In this document: one piece after another, positions 9,872 to 20,415 of the stretch
Layout: every line of letters begins with the position of its first letter
Numbering within the stretch: the stretch's first letter is position 1
Origin: an uncultured bacterium
Lineage (GTDB): Bacteria > CSSED10-310 > CAZUFC01
Assembly (NCBI GenBank): GCA_964619725.1
Contig: CAZUFC010000014.1
Span: forward strand, 32,001-96,000
Length of the DNA: 64,000 nucleotides
Direction: 5' to 3'
The notes under the pieces: model-generated
Told to the model about the DNA's origin: nothing
Database searches by the model: none
The model's input: only the letters and a program-made list of their open reading frames with translations
Made by a program: the position numbers and the translations under genes

Positions 9872-10615
9872 TTAACTGGCCTCATCCTTCTTCACCGCTT
9901 CGTCTTTCCTAACCGCCTCGTCCTTCTTTACCGCTTCATCCTTCTTTACCGCTTCATCCTTCTTTACCGCCTCATCCTTCTTCACTAACTCATCTTTTTG
10001 AATAACTTCTATTTTGACAAGTCTGGCTATCCTTTCGTGGCGCCTGCGTTCCATACCCTCGCTCCCGGACTTCCTTCCTCTTTCCTGCCAGCCTTTTCCT
10101 GCTCCGTAACGCGCGCCGGACCGGAATGATATCAGCCCCCTGGGATGAACTCTGATCATATATTCAGCATCATCGGCCATAACTTCTTTGTGAGACAAGG
10201 CAATGCTCCGTTCGCGAATTCCATGCAGAGTTATTTCTTTAAATTCTTTAATTTCCAATAATTCCAGCATTTTTTGCAATTCAAGTTCCCTGCCGAACCG
10301 GCGCCTTCTTCTGACAGGCTCCTTATCAGTATCCTTTTCTTCCTCTTGCGGTACGCTTTTTTCCACCAGATCAGCGAATTCTTCATGAGTGAATTTTTTA
10401 AATAGATTGCCATCAATGAAAACTTCCAGCGGTTCATCCATCATTTTACTGTGTTTGAACATTCTTTCCCGCTTCATTTTTTTGCCGCCCTGCTTTTCCT
10501 GGATTTCAGTCTGCTCCGCTTCCTCTTCCGCGCAGTAGAGTATGGGAGAGGACATAAAGGCAATGATTGTCAAAGCCGTAGCTGCGACGGCCAGAATATT
10601 GAAAACCTTTTTCAT
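9872..10615 (-). CDS. Exported hypothetical protein with C-terminal KKDEAV repeats
   Basis: Signal peptide, AGGAGG RBS, seven hexapeptide units at the C-terminus. Confidence 0.75.
   Translation of the reverse strand: MKKVFNILAVAATALTIIAFMSSPILYCAEEEAEQTEIQEKQGGKKMKRERMFKHSKMMDEPLEVFIDGNLFKKFTHEEFADLVEKSVPQEEEKDTDKEPVRRRRRFGRELELQKMLELLEIKEFKEITLHGIRERSIALSHKEVMADDAEYMIRVHPRGLISFRSGARYGAGKGWQERGRKSGSEGMERRRHERIARLVKIEVIQKDELVKKDEAVKKDEAVKKDEAVKKDEAVRKDEAVKKDEAS
9875..10000 (-). repeat. 18-bp coding tandem repeat x7
   Basis: QKDELV KKDEAV x4 RKDEAV KKDEAS, with synonymous variation between units. Confidence 0.9.
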
Positions 10616-10857
10616 AATGTTTTTCCTCCTGCGATAAAGGCAGATTTAATCATCGAACCGTATAAAAAATTGATGTATCAAGTGAATTTTTATCCTCCTG
10701 GCGAGGCCGTATCTCCTCCAGCCGCTCAAAAAGTTATAAAGCGGATAAGCGAAAATGTCAAGATTGGAAGGATATTTCCAATGCCAAAAGTTTTATCGGG
10801 TCGATGAATGCTGCAATTTTGAAGAAACTTTCCGGATGACGGCATCAAATATGAAAG

Positions 10858-11700
10858 TCAATCGACGTAGGTATGATATCCTTGAAACCAAGGCAGGTAA
10901 TTAACTCCAAGAAAGGTAATGAGAACGGCAATGAATCCGATGATTGCGAGGAGAGCCATTGTTTTTCCTTTGCGCTTTTTAGTCCACCCGGTATGCAGGT
11001 AAGCGGCATAGATAAGCCAGGTGATGAGGGACCAGGTTTCTTTGGGGTCCCAGCCCCAATATCTTCCCCAGGTTCTGTTTGCCCAGGCAGCGCCAGTGAC
11101 GATCCCTATGGTCAGCATGATAAAACCGAGAAAAACGGCCCTGAGTGAGATATAATGTAATTTTTGAAGGTCCGGGAGCCTGGAAGCGAAGCCGGAGAAT
11201 CGCTGTTCTGTTTTCATTCTCAAGAGGTAAAGGATGCTGGTCGTCATAGCTACAGCGAATCCGGCGTAACCCAGGAAGCAGCTCAGAACGTGAATATGAA
11301 GCCAGCGGCTCTGAAGAGCGGGCATCAGCGGAGTTATTTCATCGGTAACTCCCGGTATAAGCTGAACCAGGAGGATGGACAGCCAACTGAGAGGAATGAT
11401 GAAGGCGCCGAGGGCTTTCGTTTCGTATCTTCGCTCGTAAAGGAGGTAGACCAGCAGAAGGCACCAGGAGAAAAATACCGTCACTTCGTAAGTAGTAACG
11501 AGCGGCACATGACCTGTACCCAGAGCGTATGATTCAAGCCAGCGAAATCCGAAGGCAAGAGTTTCCGCTATGAATCCGACAAGAGCTGTGAGTGAAGCGG
11601 ATTTTCCCCATTTAGGCCCTGCAGTGAGGAAAAAGACAAGGTAAAGATTACCTGATGCAAATAACAAAAGAATAGCGACTTCGAATAATAATTTGCTCAT
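10858..11700 (-). CDS. resC: System II cytochrome c biogenesis protein ResC (CcsA/CcsB)
   Basis: LMPALQSRWLHIHV, WWD domain WGRYWGWDPKETWSLITW, C-terminal HTY. Confidence 0.95.
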   Translation of the reverse strand: MSKLLFEVAILLLFASGNLYLVFFLTAGPKWGKSASLTALVGFIAETLAFGFRWLESYALGTGHVPLVTTYEVTVFFSWCLLLVYLLYERRYETKALGAFIIPLSWLSILLVQLIPGVTDEITPLMPALQSRWLHIHVLSCFLGYAGFAVAMTTSILYLLRMKTEQRFSGFASRLPDLQKLHYISLRAVFLGFIMLTIGIVTGAAWANRTWGRYWGWDPKETWSLITWLIYAAYLHTGWTKKRKGKTMALLAIIGFIAVLITFLGVNYLPWFQGYHTYVD

Positions 11701-13115
11701 GCTCGTTTCCTGGGCTGATCCTGTAAAACCGACTTCAATTCACTCTTGAAATTGACGTAAAAAGTTTCCGCAGAATGACTGCGGCGACCGCTTTTTGCTG
11801 AAAACATAACCGAACCGGGAGTTTGTATCAACCAAAGTCGAATGTGAGGAACAGCGAAAAATATTACTAATCCGGCAATGAGGGTAAAACAGCCGCCCCA
11901 TACGATCCACACGCCCGGATTCTTCGAAACCTGGATTCCCGTAAAGTAGATGCTTTCAGCATTAGATGTATCCAGGCCGAACTTGATTCTCGGAAGGACA
12001 TCGCCATGAAAGTCGTGTTTTTCAAAGACCCAAGTTTCGACCGCTTCGCCGTTTTGGATCAGCAGATGAGCGGCCGGATTCTCGAATTCTTCCGACTGGT
12101 TGATGAAGGCACGATCGTCGCCTACTACAAGATGCGAAAAAAGCTTCACAACGTATATCGACAAAGCGCCGTCTGAAGTCTGCAGCGAAAATTCCTCGCC
12201 CTCTCGCATTTCTTCTCTTAAGATTTCTTCACCTGATTCTGACTTTACGGCGGTCAGTATAAAATCTTTAAATTTAATACCGTATTCCGCCTGAAAAAAA
12301 CGGAAGCCTTCATAATCGAGAGGCTGATTGACTTTGATCAGGGCTTTTTTCAGGGTATTGCCGTCTTTTGTAATTCTGAGCTCGCTCTTATATTGCTTAA
12401 CGGAATCCCCGGCGTATTTTTCTATTTCAAACGAATCGCAATGAACGGTGAATCCGAATTTTCGCGGGACTCCGTTTTTCATAAAAAAAATATCGGTTTT
12501 TTCGCCGACGGGAAGCCGGAACGAACCTGAGACTCCGGTTATGCCGGATATCACGGCCCCCAGGAGGATAATCAGGAACCCCAGGTGAACGAGATAAAAC
12601 GCATAGGCGGAATAACGCGCTTTTTCCCCGAGAAGAGCCCTGCGCTGTGCAACGGGGTCGTTGTATTCGGTCAATTTTACGCGTTTTTCACTCAGGAGCG
12701 CCTTGATGGAATCGAAAGCCAGTCCGGGGTCTTCGGGGGAAAGAGAGCAGAAAAACCTCTGCCTGGAAATTTGATCGTCAGCCGTTATTTCCCCTGGTTC
12801 GGCGAGCCTTTTTGCGACGCTTTTGCCGGCTCGGACCGTACAAACGGACAGGTTGAGCGTCAGCGCCAGGACCAGCGCGATAAAGAGAGGAGAATGATAC
12901 ACGTCGAGGAGTCCGAAACGGTTCAGCCATTTGAAAACTTCTTCGCTGTAAACCTGCCTTATGGATTCGGCATCATAGACGGGTTCCTGCAAAATGACCG
13001 TCCCCGGTACGCTTGCGACAGCGAGAAGTATCAGCAGAACGACGGTAGTGTAAGTAGAGCTGAAAATACGAACCGTTTTTTTTATGAGAAATTTCAATCT
13101 AGAACCCGTCGACAA
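11697..13115 (-). CDS. resB: System II cytochrome c biogenesis protein ResB
   Basis: GTVILQE, LLDVYHSP, NLSVCT, YLVHLG, VNQPLDYEG, GIQVSKNPG; 4-nt overlap with resC. Confidence 0.92.
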   Translation of the reverse strand: MSTGSRLKFLIKKTVRIFSSTYTTVVLLILLAVASVPGTVILQEPVYDAESIRQVYSEEVFKWLNRFGLLDVYHSPLFIALVLALTLNLSVCTVRAGKSVAKRLAEPGEITADDQISRQRFFCSLSPEDPGLAFDSIKALLSEKRVKLTEYNDPVAQRRALLGEKARYSAYAFYLVHLGFLIILLGAVISGITGVSGSFRLPVGEKTDIFFMKNGVPRKFGFTVHCDSFEIEKYAGDSVKQYKSELRITKDGNTLKKALIKVNQPLDYEGFRFFQAEYGIKFKDFILTAVKSESGEEILREEMREGEEFSLQTSDGALSIYVVKLFSHLVVGDDRAFINQSEEFENPAAHLLIQNGEAVETWVFEKHDFHGDVLPRIKFGLDTSNAESIYFTGIQVSKNPGVWIVWGGCFTLIAGLVIFFAVPHIRLWLIQTPGSVMFSAKSGRRSHSAETFYVNFKSELKSVLQDQPRKRA

Positions 13116-13121
13116 GCCATT

Positions 13122-15230
13122 TCAGTTTTCTATATCGCTGGGGTCCGCATTCATCGCATCCTTGCGGGAGAGCGATATCTTGCCCTGACGATCGACGCCC
13201 AGAACTTTCACTACAATCTCATCACCTTCCGTCACAACGTCCGTGACTCTCTCCACTCGCTCATGCTTCAATTCCGATATATGAACGAGCCCTTCATAAT
13301 CAGCGAAAATCTCCACAAAAGCCCCGAAATTTTTAACGGATTTGACCGTACCACGGTATATTTTACCGACCTCAGGTTCAGCCGTCAGATATCTCACCCG
13401 TTTTTTCGCTTCCTCCATATCGGACTCGTTTTTAGCGTATATTCTGACTACGCCCTCATCCGTCACCTCAATATCCGTTTCCGTTACCGCCTGTATTTCC
13501 TGTATCGTCTTACCGCCGGGTCCTATCAAACTGCCGATCCGTGATTCCCTGATTCTTACCTGAGCCACTCTGGGGGCATGGCTGGACAACGATTCTCTCG
13601 GTTTTGAAATGGTTTTAGCCATCTCCGCCAAAATATGCAGACGCGCCTCTCGCGCCTGCTCCAGCGCCTTCTTAAGAATCTCAGCCGGCAGCGCTCCGAT
13701 TTTATTATCCATCTGGACTGCGGTTATTCCGTCAGCCGTGCCGCACACCTTAAAATCCATGTCGCCCAGATGGTCTTCATCTCCCAGAATATCAGTCAAT
13801 ATAACGGTTTTTTCACCTTCTCTGATCAGCCCCATAGCCACGCCTGCAGCGGGTTTCTTTATGGGAACGCCGGCATCCATTGCAGCCAGCGAACAGCCGC
13901 AAACAGTCGCCATGGATGATGAACCGTTCGATTCGGCGATATCGGATACTATTCTGACGGTGTAAGGAAAATCATCCTCACCCGGCATCAGCTTTTCCAC
14001 GGCCCTGGTCGCCAGGTTCCCATGCCCTATTTCACGACGTCCCGCGCCTCTCAAGGGCCTGACTTCGCCCACCGAATAAGGCGGAAAATTATAGTGCAAA
14101 TAAAAACGATGCCCTTCTTCTCCAAACAGGGTATCTTCCCTCTGTTCATCACGGGTCGCGCCCAAAGTGCAACTGACAAGCGCCTGAGTTTCCCCGCGAG
14201 TAAAAACCGCGGAACCGTGAGCTCCCGGAAGCCAGCCTACTTCCGTTTCAATGGGCCGGACCGTCTCGGCGTTTCTGCCGTCTATTCTTGTTCCTTCATC
14301 GGTTATCATTTTACGGATCATGTCATGTTTCATCTTTGAAAAAATATCGCTTATCTTTTTTTCATCGCCGGCATCCCCCTCTTCCGTTAACAAATGCTCC
14401 ACTATCTCTTTAAACAAATTGTCCAGCGCCAGGTACCGCTCCTTTTTCACAGGCTCTGTCACGGCTTCTCGAAGTCTGCTTTCGGCAAATTCCTTCACCC
14501 TCTTTTCAAGCTCTTCATCCCACCGCGCCCGTGTCCATTCTCTCTTTTCACAGCTCGCTTTGCCGCGCCATTCGTCCAGCCGCTTTATCGCCGGCGCCGC
14601 CGCTTCTTCAGCAGCTTGAAGAACATCCGCAAAATCCTCTTCGGAAACCTCGTCAGCCTCGCCTTCAACCATTATCATTCCGTCCGGACCCACGGAAATG
14701 ACTATATCGATTAAAGCCCCTTCTCTTTGCGAACGCGCAGGATTTACGATCAACTCCTCATCGGGAGTTTTTATCACGCGCATTCCTATCACGGGTCCGG
14801 CCCACGGTATATCGGACAAATGTAAAGCCGCGGCAGCTCCATTCAAAGCGCAAATGTCGGGATCAACTTCAGCATCCGAACTCAACACCGTAGCGATTAC
14901 CTGCGTATCCTGAAGATAATCCTCCGGAAACAGAGGCCTGATCGACCTGTCTATGATCCGGCACGTCAGTACCTCATGATCGGACGCCCGGCCCTCCCGT
15001 TTGATGTATCCCCCGGGAATTTTGCCCGCTGCAGCCGCCTTTTCCCGGTATTCCACGGTCAAAGGAAAAAAATTCATCCCCTCCTTTACATCCTTCCTGG
15101 AAGATACTGCTGTCACCAGAATAACCGACTCGCCCGCCTTTACCACGACCGACCCGTCCGCCTGTCTGGCGATGCGGCCTGTCTCCATTACGTATTCTGC
15201 ACTTCCAATCTTTATCGTCTCCTGCATCAT
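13122..15230 (-). CDS. pnp: Polyribonucleotide nucleotidyltransferase (PNPase)
   Basis: FFPLTVEYRE, RREIGHG, ESNGSSSMA, DHLGDMDFKV, KH and S1 domains; start placed at ATG 15230 after AAGGAG. Confidence 0.97.
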   Translation of the reverse strand: MMQETIKIGSAEYVMETGRIARQADGSVVVKAGESVILVTAVSSRKDVKEGMNFFPLTVEYREKAAAAGKIPGGYIKREGRASDHEVLTCRIIDRSIRPLFPEDYLQDTQVIATVLSSDAEVDPDICALNGAAAALHLSDIPWAGPVIGMRVIKTPDEELIVNPARSQREGALIDIVISVGPDGMIMVEGEADEVSEEDFADVLQAAEEAAAPAIKRLDEWRGKASCEKREWTRARWDEELEKRVKEFAESRLREAVTEPVKKERYLALDNLFKEIVEHLLTEEGDAGDEKKISDIFSKMKHDMIRKMITDEGTRIDGRNAETVRPIETEVGWLPGAHGSAVFTRGETQALVSCTLGATRDEQREDTLFGEEGHRFYLHYNFPPYSVGEVRPLRGAGRREIGHGNLATRAVEKLMPGEDDFPYTVRIVSDIAESNGSSSMATVCGCSLAAMDAGVPIKKPAAGVAMGLIREGEKTVILTDILGDEDHLGDMDFKVCGTADGITAVQMDNKIGALPAEILKKALEQAREARLHILAEMAKTISKPRESLSSHAPRVAQVRIRESRIGSLIGPGGKTIQEIQAVTETDIEVTDEGVVRIYAKNESDMEEAKKRVRYLTAEPEVGKIYRGTVKSVKNFGAFVEIFADYEGLVHISELKHERVERVTDVVTEGDEIVVKVLGVDRQGKISLSRKDAMNADPSDIEN

Positions 15231-15409
15231 TTTCCGTCGCTCCTTCGCAAAAGTTGAATCAAACGTCATGATACTAATGGACTGATATGAAGTTGTCGAG
15301 TTTTTTTACGAATGAAAACATTTTTATCGAGCTGACAGAAGAGCGCCGAATAAAAAGTAATCAAAACAACTTCTGGATTGATCAATACTCCATGCACGGA
15401 ATTCTGCAT

Positions 15410-15444
15410 AAAAAAAGCTCCCGCTCTTGCGAGCGGAAGCTTTT
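15410..15444 (-). terminator. Intrinsic terminator downstream of the 1483-aa surface protein
   Basis: AAAAAAAGCTCCCGCTC-TTGC-GAGCGGAAGCTTTT stem-loop with U tract on the minus strand. Confidence 0.8.
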
Positions 15445-15465
15445 AAAGGCTTATAAGGTTTTTAA

Positions 15466-18400
15466 TCAGCGATTTTTGCGGTATGAACGTCTCAGGACGA
15501 ATCCGAGACCGCCGAGAAGCATTATGATGCCAAGCGGCGTCGTCGCAGGAATCGACACGCCTTCACAACTTACGTTCAGAATACCCATACCGGTACTGGA
15601 ACTGTAGCCGCCGACTTCGATCAGATAAGTCTGACCTACATCAGCCACAAAAGTAACCTGAGATTGCAACTCTCCGCCAAAGTCATCATTACTCGCTATT
15701 ATCTCCCCGACAGGATCGCACGTGCAACCTTCGTAAACGGCCAGTTTCGTGTCGTACATACTTCCCAGGAGACTCACTGTGGCAAGTACCGAATCTCCGG
15801 AACAGGTCGGCGTGTAGCAGTACCAGACATTGGGACTGGTAATGTAATCGCCCGGTCCGTCTGCAGTAGCGCACATCGTGTTGAAGGGCATATCGACCAC
15901 CTCATTAATGGCCGTGGCATTGGCGCAATCGTCGTTTGCAGGCAATTCGTCGATGGAGAAAATAAAGTCGTTGATGCAGTCAGGCGACGGCCAGGTGTCG
16001 ATCATTACGTAATAGGTTCCTGCGGTGAAGCTGTAGTCGAATCCGACATTGCTTCCAGTACTTGTGTTGTAATCCAGGCACGGATCAGCCGGCGGACATT
16101 CGTCATCTATCGCCATTCCGATCCAGGAAGCGTCTGTAATCAGCGAAAGGCACGCTGACACGTCTTCCGTCACGGTGATCTGATAAATGATGTCTTCGCC
16201 GCCGTCATAACTGCCCAGACAGGTTTCAGAATAATCGTTCACGCGTCCGCATGTGGTATTCTGGTTCGCAAAGGGCATCTCAGCCGGTATGGTCACAGGG
16301 AAAGGATCGGTACAGTCATCGCCGCCCATGAAGGGACAGGTGTATTCGGGGCATGTTTCGCCTTCGAACCACCATCCGTTCATCGCATCGCATTCAGGTT
16401 GCGTATTGGTTTCAACGCATACCGAGTCTACGCAGCATGCTCCTGTTGGCGGAGCGGTGCATTCAAGCGAGAATGCGTATTCCCAAGGACCCAGGGCACA
16501 TGGATAGCCTTCAAACACGGTGGGGGCGATGAAGAACCAGTGCGTGCCGGCTCCCAGGTCGACCTCAACGCTGATCTCTTCACAAGGCTCTCCTGTAGCG
16601 TAAGGGTCCAAGCTCCCCAACAGATAGGCGCAATCGCCGGCGCCCGGCGGGTCTGTCGGAACGTACCCGATTATCACGTCGAATTCGGCTTCGGCCGTCA
16701 TGGTTACCGTGTAAGGTTCCGTCAACACCAGTTCATACCAGTCGGTGTCTCTGGTCGAGTCCTCAGCCCAAGCGTTGCCGCAGTAAATGTCTCCGCATTG
16801 AATCGAGGTGAATACGGGCGGCGTCGAGTTACAGCCGCCGTTGGTGTCCTCACCGCAAGCTTCGCCTTCATCCAGTCCGCCCATCGGGCAAGGCACTACA
16901 CAGGGTATGCATTCTGCAATGGTTAAGTCGAATTCCGGGATGCAATCAGGAGAAGGGTATGTATCGATCATCAGGTAGTAGGTTCCGGCTGTGAAGTTCA
17001 TGCAATCGCTGGAGTAAGGATCGCTGAGGTAGCTGTTATTCTCATTAATGATGCATTCAGTATCCGGCGGACAACTGTCGTCGACAGCGAAACCGGTCCA
17101 GGTCGTTCCCAACGGGTCTAATGAGAACTGTAAATAAGTGTCTGCAGTCACGTTCAGCATGTAAATGATGTCTTCGCCGCCGTCGTATGAGCCCAGACAG
17201 GTTTCTTCGTAATCATTCAACCGGCCGCAGGTGAAATTAGTATCCATGTAATCCAAGTCTGCAGGAATATTCACCATTATCGGGGTCGCACAATCATTTC
17301 CCGAAGGATCGGGGCACTGGAATTCCGGGCATGTTTCGCCTTCAAACCACATTCCGTCCAGGGCATCGCATTCGAATTCAAAGTTGGTCGCCGTGCAAAC
17401 CTGATCAACGCAGCAGGCGCCCAGGGCCGGTTCGCAATTCGGCGGGTCCTGACAAGCCGTTGCGTCATCAGAAACGTCTAACTGAAAGACCCCGTATGAC
17501 GAAGAGCTGAAACCGCCGACAGTGATGTAGTAAGTTTCGCCCAAATCAGAGCAGAACGAATAAGTGGAGAGCAATGAATCATAATCAACGCAGTCGTCAT
17601 CGTTGCCGCCCACGCAGATCAGGTAGTCGCAGGAATAGCAGAATACGCTGATCTTGCTGTCGAATTCCGACACATCGTTGCACGTGGTCACCGTTATGGT
17701 ATTTCCTGTGCCCGTAACCGTATACCAGACGTTCTTGTAAGGTCCGGAATACACTCCGCAAGGTTCCGCTATATCGTCCGTGGCCCAGGTGTTGTCGCCG
17801 CTCACCGAAGCAGGAAGCGTTCCCACGTCGATAGCGCCGTCGCAGTCGTCATTGGGCGGAGGCGGTTGCGGACAGGGATTCGGATCGCAGACTTCGCCGG
17901 GCAACCAGTTGCCGGGTCCGTAAAGTCCGTCGCAAGTCGCTATGTCCGTAACCGAACATTCGCCGGTGGAAGGATTACAGCAGGCGCCGTCCGTTATGGT
18001 CTCACACGTCAACGAAGCCTTGTAATCCCAGGGACCGTCCGCACAGGCGTATCCATCGTATACCGAAGGAGCGACAAAGAACCAGTAAGTTCCCGGCATA
18101 ACGTCGACTTCTACGAATATTTCTTCACAGGGCTCGCCGAGAGTATAAGGATTGAGATATCCCGTCGAATCAGCGCAGTCGCCGCTGCCCGGAGGATCGG
18201 TTTCTATCATACCGATGACCACGGGAAGTTCGGCTTCCGCCGTCCATGTGAATGAGGTCGGCTCCGTCACTACTACTTCATACCAGTCCGTATCACGCGT
18301 TCCTTCACTCGCATAAGATTTCCCGCAGTATAAATTGCCGCATTGCAGGCTCGTGAACACCGGCGGTGAGGCATTGCAGCCGCCGTTAGTGTCGTCGCCG

Positions 18401-19917
18401 CAAGGTTCGCCTTCCTGAATGCCGCCGATCGGACAATTGACGATGCAGGGACAGGGATTCGGATCGCACGTTACGCCGGGATGCCAGTTGCCGGCGCCGT
18501 ATGTCGTGAAACACCACGTTTCCGTCGTGTCCGGATAACAATTTCCCGTATTGGGATCACAGCACGCGCCCAGTCCGCATGCAGGTTCAAGTTCGCTGCA
18601 GAGCGTATCCATGGCGAAACGCAACGGCGGTTGGCACGCTGACATGTCAACCAGATCATTACATGTTCCCGTGGAATCGTCACAGCAGGCCCCTGTCGGA
18701 TCAACCCACTCAGGCGTCAAACAGAACGAACGATCACGGAGCGTTGAATCCAAAACCGTTCCGTCCCACTGCAGCGAATCGCCGTCGCCTATGGGTGAAC
18801 TTCCCCACAATAACCAGCACGTTGAATCGCCCGCGCCTTCTATCGATACCCAACCGGCGCTCAACTGACAGCAGGGATGTATGCCGGCGCTGAAATAATA
18901 AAGCGGATAAACGTCGGCATACAGGTACCCCGTATCCTCAACCAAAGGCGTAACCGTGGTTTCACACACTACAGCCCCAGGAACTCCGCCGTCATCGGCA
19001 TAAAACGTTACGTCATACACCTGCGGGTCTTTGTAGCACGTCGTCCAACCAGCGTCATAAGCCAGGTTCATTCCCCACCAGTGAATATCGCATATAGGCG
19101 ATTCCACTCCTGAGAAATTGTCATACACGACATATCCAGGTGAGACGTCGCTCGTGGCGAACGACCAGGCATCATCCGGCCCGTCCACTGGCTGCGAATA
19201 CAGCGAATCAAGCGGACACGGCATCGGCGGGTCCCAGGCCTGACCTTCCGTTACTTCGAGCGTATACGTTCCGGAATTGGTTCCGAAACCGTCTACTACG
19301 ATATAATAGGAATTTCCGCCCGTCAAAGTCACGCCGGTCACTTCTGAAACATAGCTCGAATAATAAGGAGCGCTGCAGGCGTCGTCGCTGCAGGCGAAAT
19401 AGTTGCCGGGGTCCGGACATGTGTTCTCATAAACATACAGCTTTGTATCATAATCCGTATCGCCGACGCACAGCGTTATGTCCACAATGACTTCGGCAGC
19501 GGGGGTGTACACATAGACCACATCCGGAGCCGTCGAACCTGTATATGGACATACTTCGTCGTAGTCGTTAACATATCCGGTTGTCGTCCCCGTATCCGCG
19601 TAAGGCAGACTCGTTATCGCCAATGCTTCCGCACATGTGTCGCCGCCCTGGCGAGGTCCGTTCATGTCATAACCCTTCTCCTGCAGTCTCGCTCTCTCTT
19701 CCTTCGTCACGGGCTTCGACAATCCTGCAGTCACAGGATTAACCGGACTCGCCTTTATTGAATTCGATTTAACATTTTCTACTTTGTTCTTATCGATCGT
19801 CGTTTTTACCGTATTGATTGCATTCGCCGTCAAATCAACTTTTCCGGCGAATACCGTCGGCAACGCCATTATCGATATTACCAACATTAAAGGAATTAAA
19901 ACCTTCTTCACTTCCAT
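15466..19917 (-). CDS. Large secreted Cys- and Asp/Glu-rich modular surface protein with C-terminal sorting signal
   Basis: Signal peptide; repeated modules; ends SIPATTPLGIIMLLGGLGFVLRRSYRKNR; AGGAGG RBS. Confidence 0.85.
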   Translation of the reverse strand: MEVKKVLIPLMLVISIMALPTVFAGKVDLTANAINTVKTTIDKNKVENVKSNSIKASPVNPVTAGLSKPVTKEERARLQEKGYDMNGPRQGGDTCAEALAITSLPYADTGTTTGYVNDYDEVCPYTGSTAPDVVYVYTPAAEVIVDITLCVGDTDYDTKLYVYENTCPDPGNYFACSDDACSAPYYSSYVSEVTGVTLTGGNSYYIVVDGFGTNSGTYTLEVTEGQAWDPPMPCPLDSLYSQPVDGPDDAWSFATSDVSPGYVVYDNFSGVESPICDIHWWGMNLAYDAGWTTCYKDPQVYDVTFYADDGGVPGAVVCETTVTPLVEDTGYLYADVYPLYYFSAGIHPCCQLSAGWVSIEGAGDSTCWLLWGSSPIGDGDSLQWDGTVLDSTLRDRSFCLTPEWVDPTGACCDDSTGTCNDLVDMSACQPPLRFAMDTLCSELEPACGLGACCDPNTGNCYPDTTETWCFTTYGAGNWHPGVTCDPNPCPCIVNCPIGGIQEGEPCGDDTNGGCNASPPVFTSLQCGNLYCGKSYASEGTRDTDWYEVVVTEPTSFTWTAEAELPVVIGMIETDPPGSGDCADSTGYLNPYTLGEPCEEIFVEVDVMPGTYWFFVAPSVYDGYACADGPWDYKASLTCETITDGACCNPSTGECSVTDIATCDGLYGPGNWLPGEVCDPNPCPQPPPPNDDCDGAIDVGTLPASVSGDNTWATDDIAEPCGVYSGPYKNVWYTVTGTGNTITVTTCNDVSEFDSKISVFCYSCDYLICVGGNDDDCVDYDSLLSTYSFCSDLGETYYITVGGFSSSSYGVFQLDVSDDATACQDPPNCEPALGACCVDQVCTATNFEFECDALDGMWFEGETCPEFQCPDPSGNDCATPIMVNIPADLDYMDTNFTCGRLNDYEETCLGSYDGGEDIIYMLNVTADTYLQFSLDPLGTTWTGFAVDDSCPPDTECIINENNSYLSDPYSSDCMNFTAGTYYLMIDTYPSPDCIPEFDLTIAECIPCVVPCPMGGLDEGEACGEDTNGGCNSTPPVFTSIQCGDIYCGNAWAEDSTRDTDWYELVLTEPYTVTMTAEAEFDVIIGYVPTDPPGAGDCAYLLGSLDPYATGEPCEEISVEVDLGAGTHWFFIAPTVFEGYPCALGPWEYAFSLECTAPPTGACCVDSVCVETNTQPECDAMNGWWFEGETCPEYTCPFMGGDDCTDPFPVTIPAEMPFANQNTTCGRVNDYSETCLGSYDGGEDIIYQITVTEDVSACLSLITDASWIGMAIDDECPPADPCLDYNTSTGSNVGFDYSFTAGTYYVMIDTWPSPDCINDFIFSIDELPANDDCANATAINEVVDMPFNTMCATADGPGDYITSPNVWYCYTPTCSGDSVLATVSLLGSMYDTKLAVYEGCTCDPVGEIIASNDDFGGELQSQVTFVADVGQTYLIEVGGYSSSTGMGILNVSCEGVSIPATTPLGIIMLLGGLGFVLRRSYRKNR

Positions 19918-20415
19918 CCATTACCTCCTGAAATTTTTTGTAAATTTTCCGTCATCATTTCCTTCACACGCTACTTTCTTCTCAGAAAAGATCAATTATC
20001 GCCCTCCTCTTATACGACCACCTCCTTCATTCCCCAAAATCCTTTTCCTCAACTCAACCCTACTCGAAGCATCATCGCTTCAGTCTCATCAGAATAATTT
20101 CCATGCACTTTATACTGATCAGATCAAGAAAGTCAACCTTTCTTTCATCTTTTTTTGATCGATTTTAAACATTTGAAAACAGAAGCATCCACCCTGTTCA
20201 GAAACTGACCCTATAACTCTAAATATCCATTTGTTTTTATCCATAACACGGCGATATACCCCTATTGGTGCGTCATGCTGCTGCTTTTCCCAGTGAATCT
20301 ACAAACAATAGCCCGCTTCGAAAAACCATGCCTTCCTTGCCTTAAAAAAAATTCGCCCTTTTATCGAAAAGAGGGCAAAACTCTCAGGAAACCCACTTCC
20401 CATCACAGACCCGGG

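Noticed and set aside
12585-13544. 319-aa plus-strand ORF and similar antisense ORFs across the window
   Set aside because: Antisense to well-supported genes (resB/pnp and others) with no recognisable motifs.
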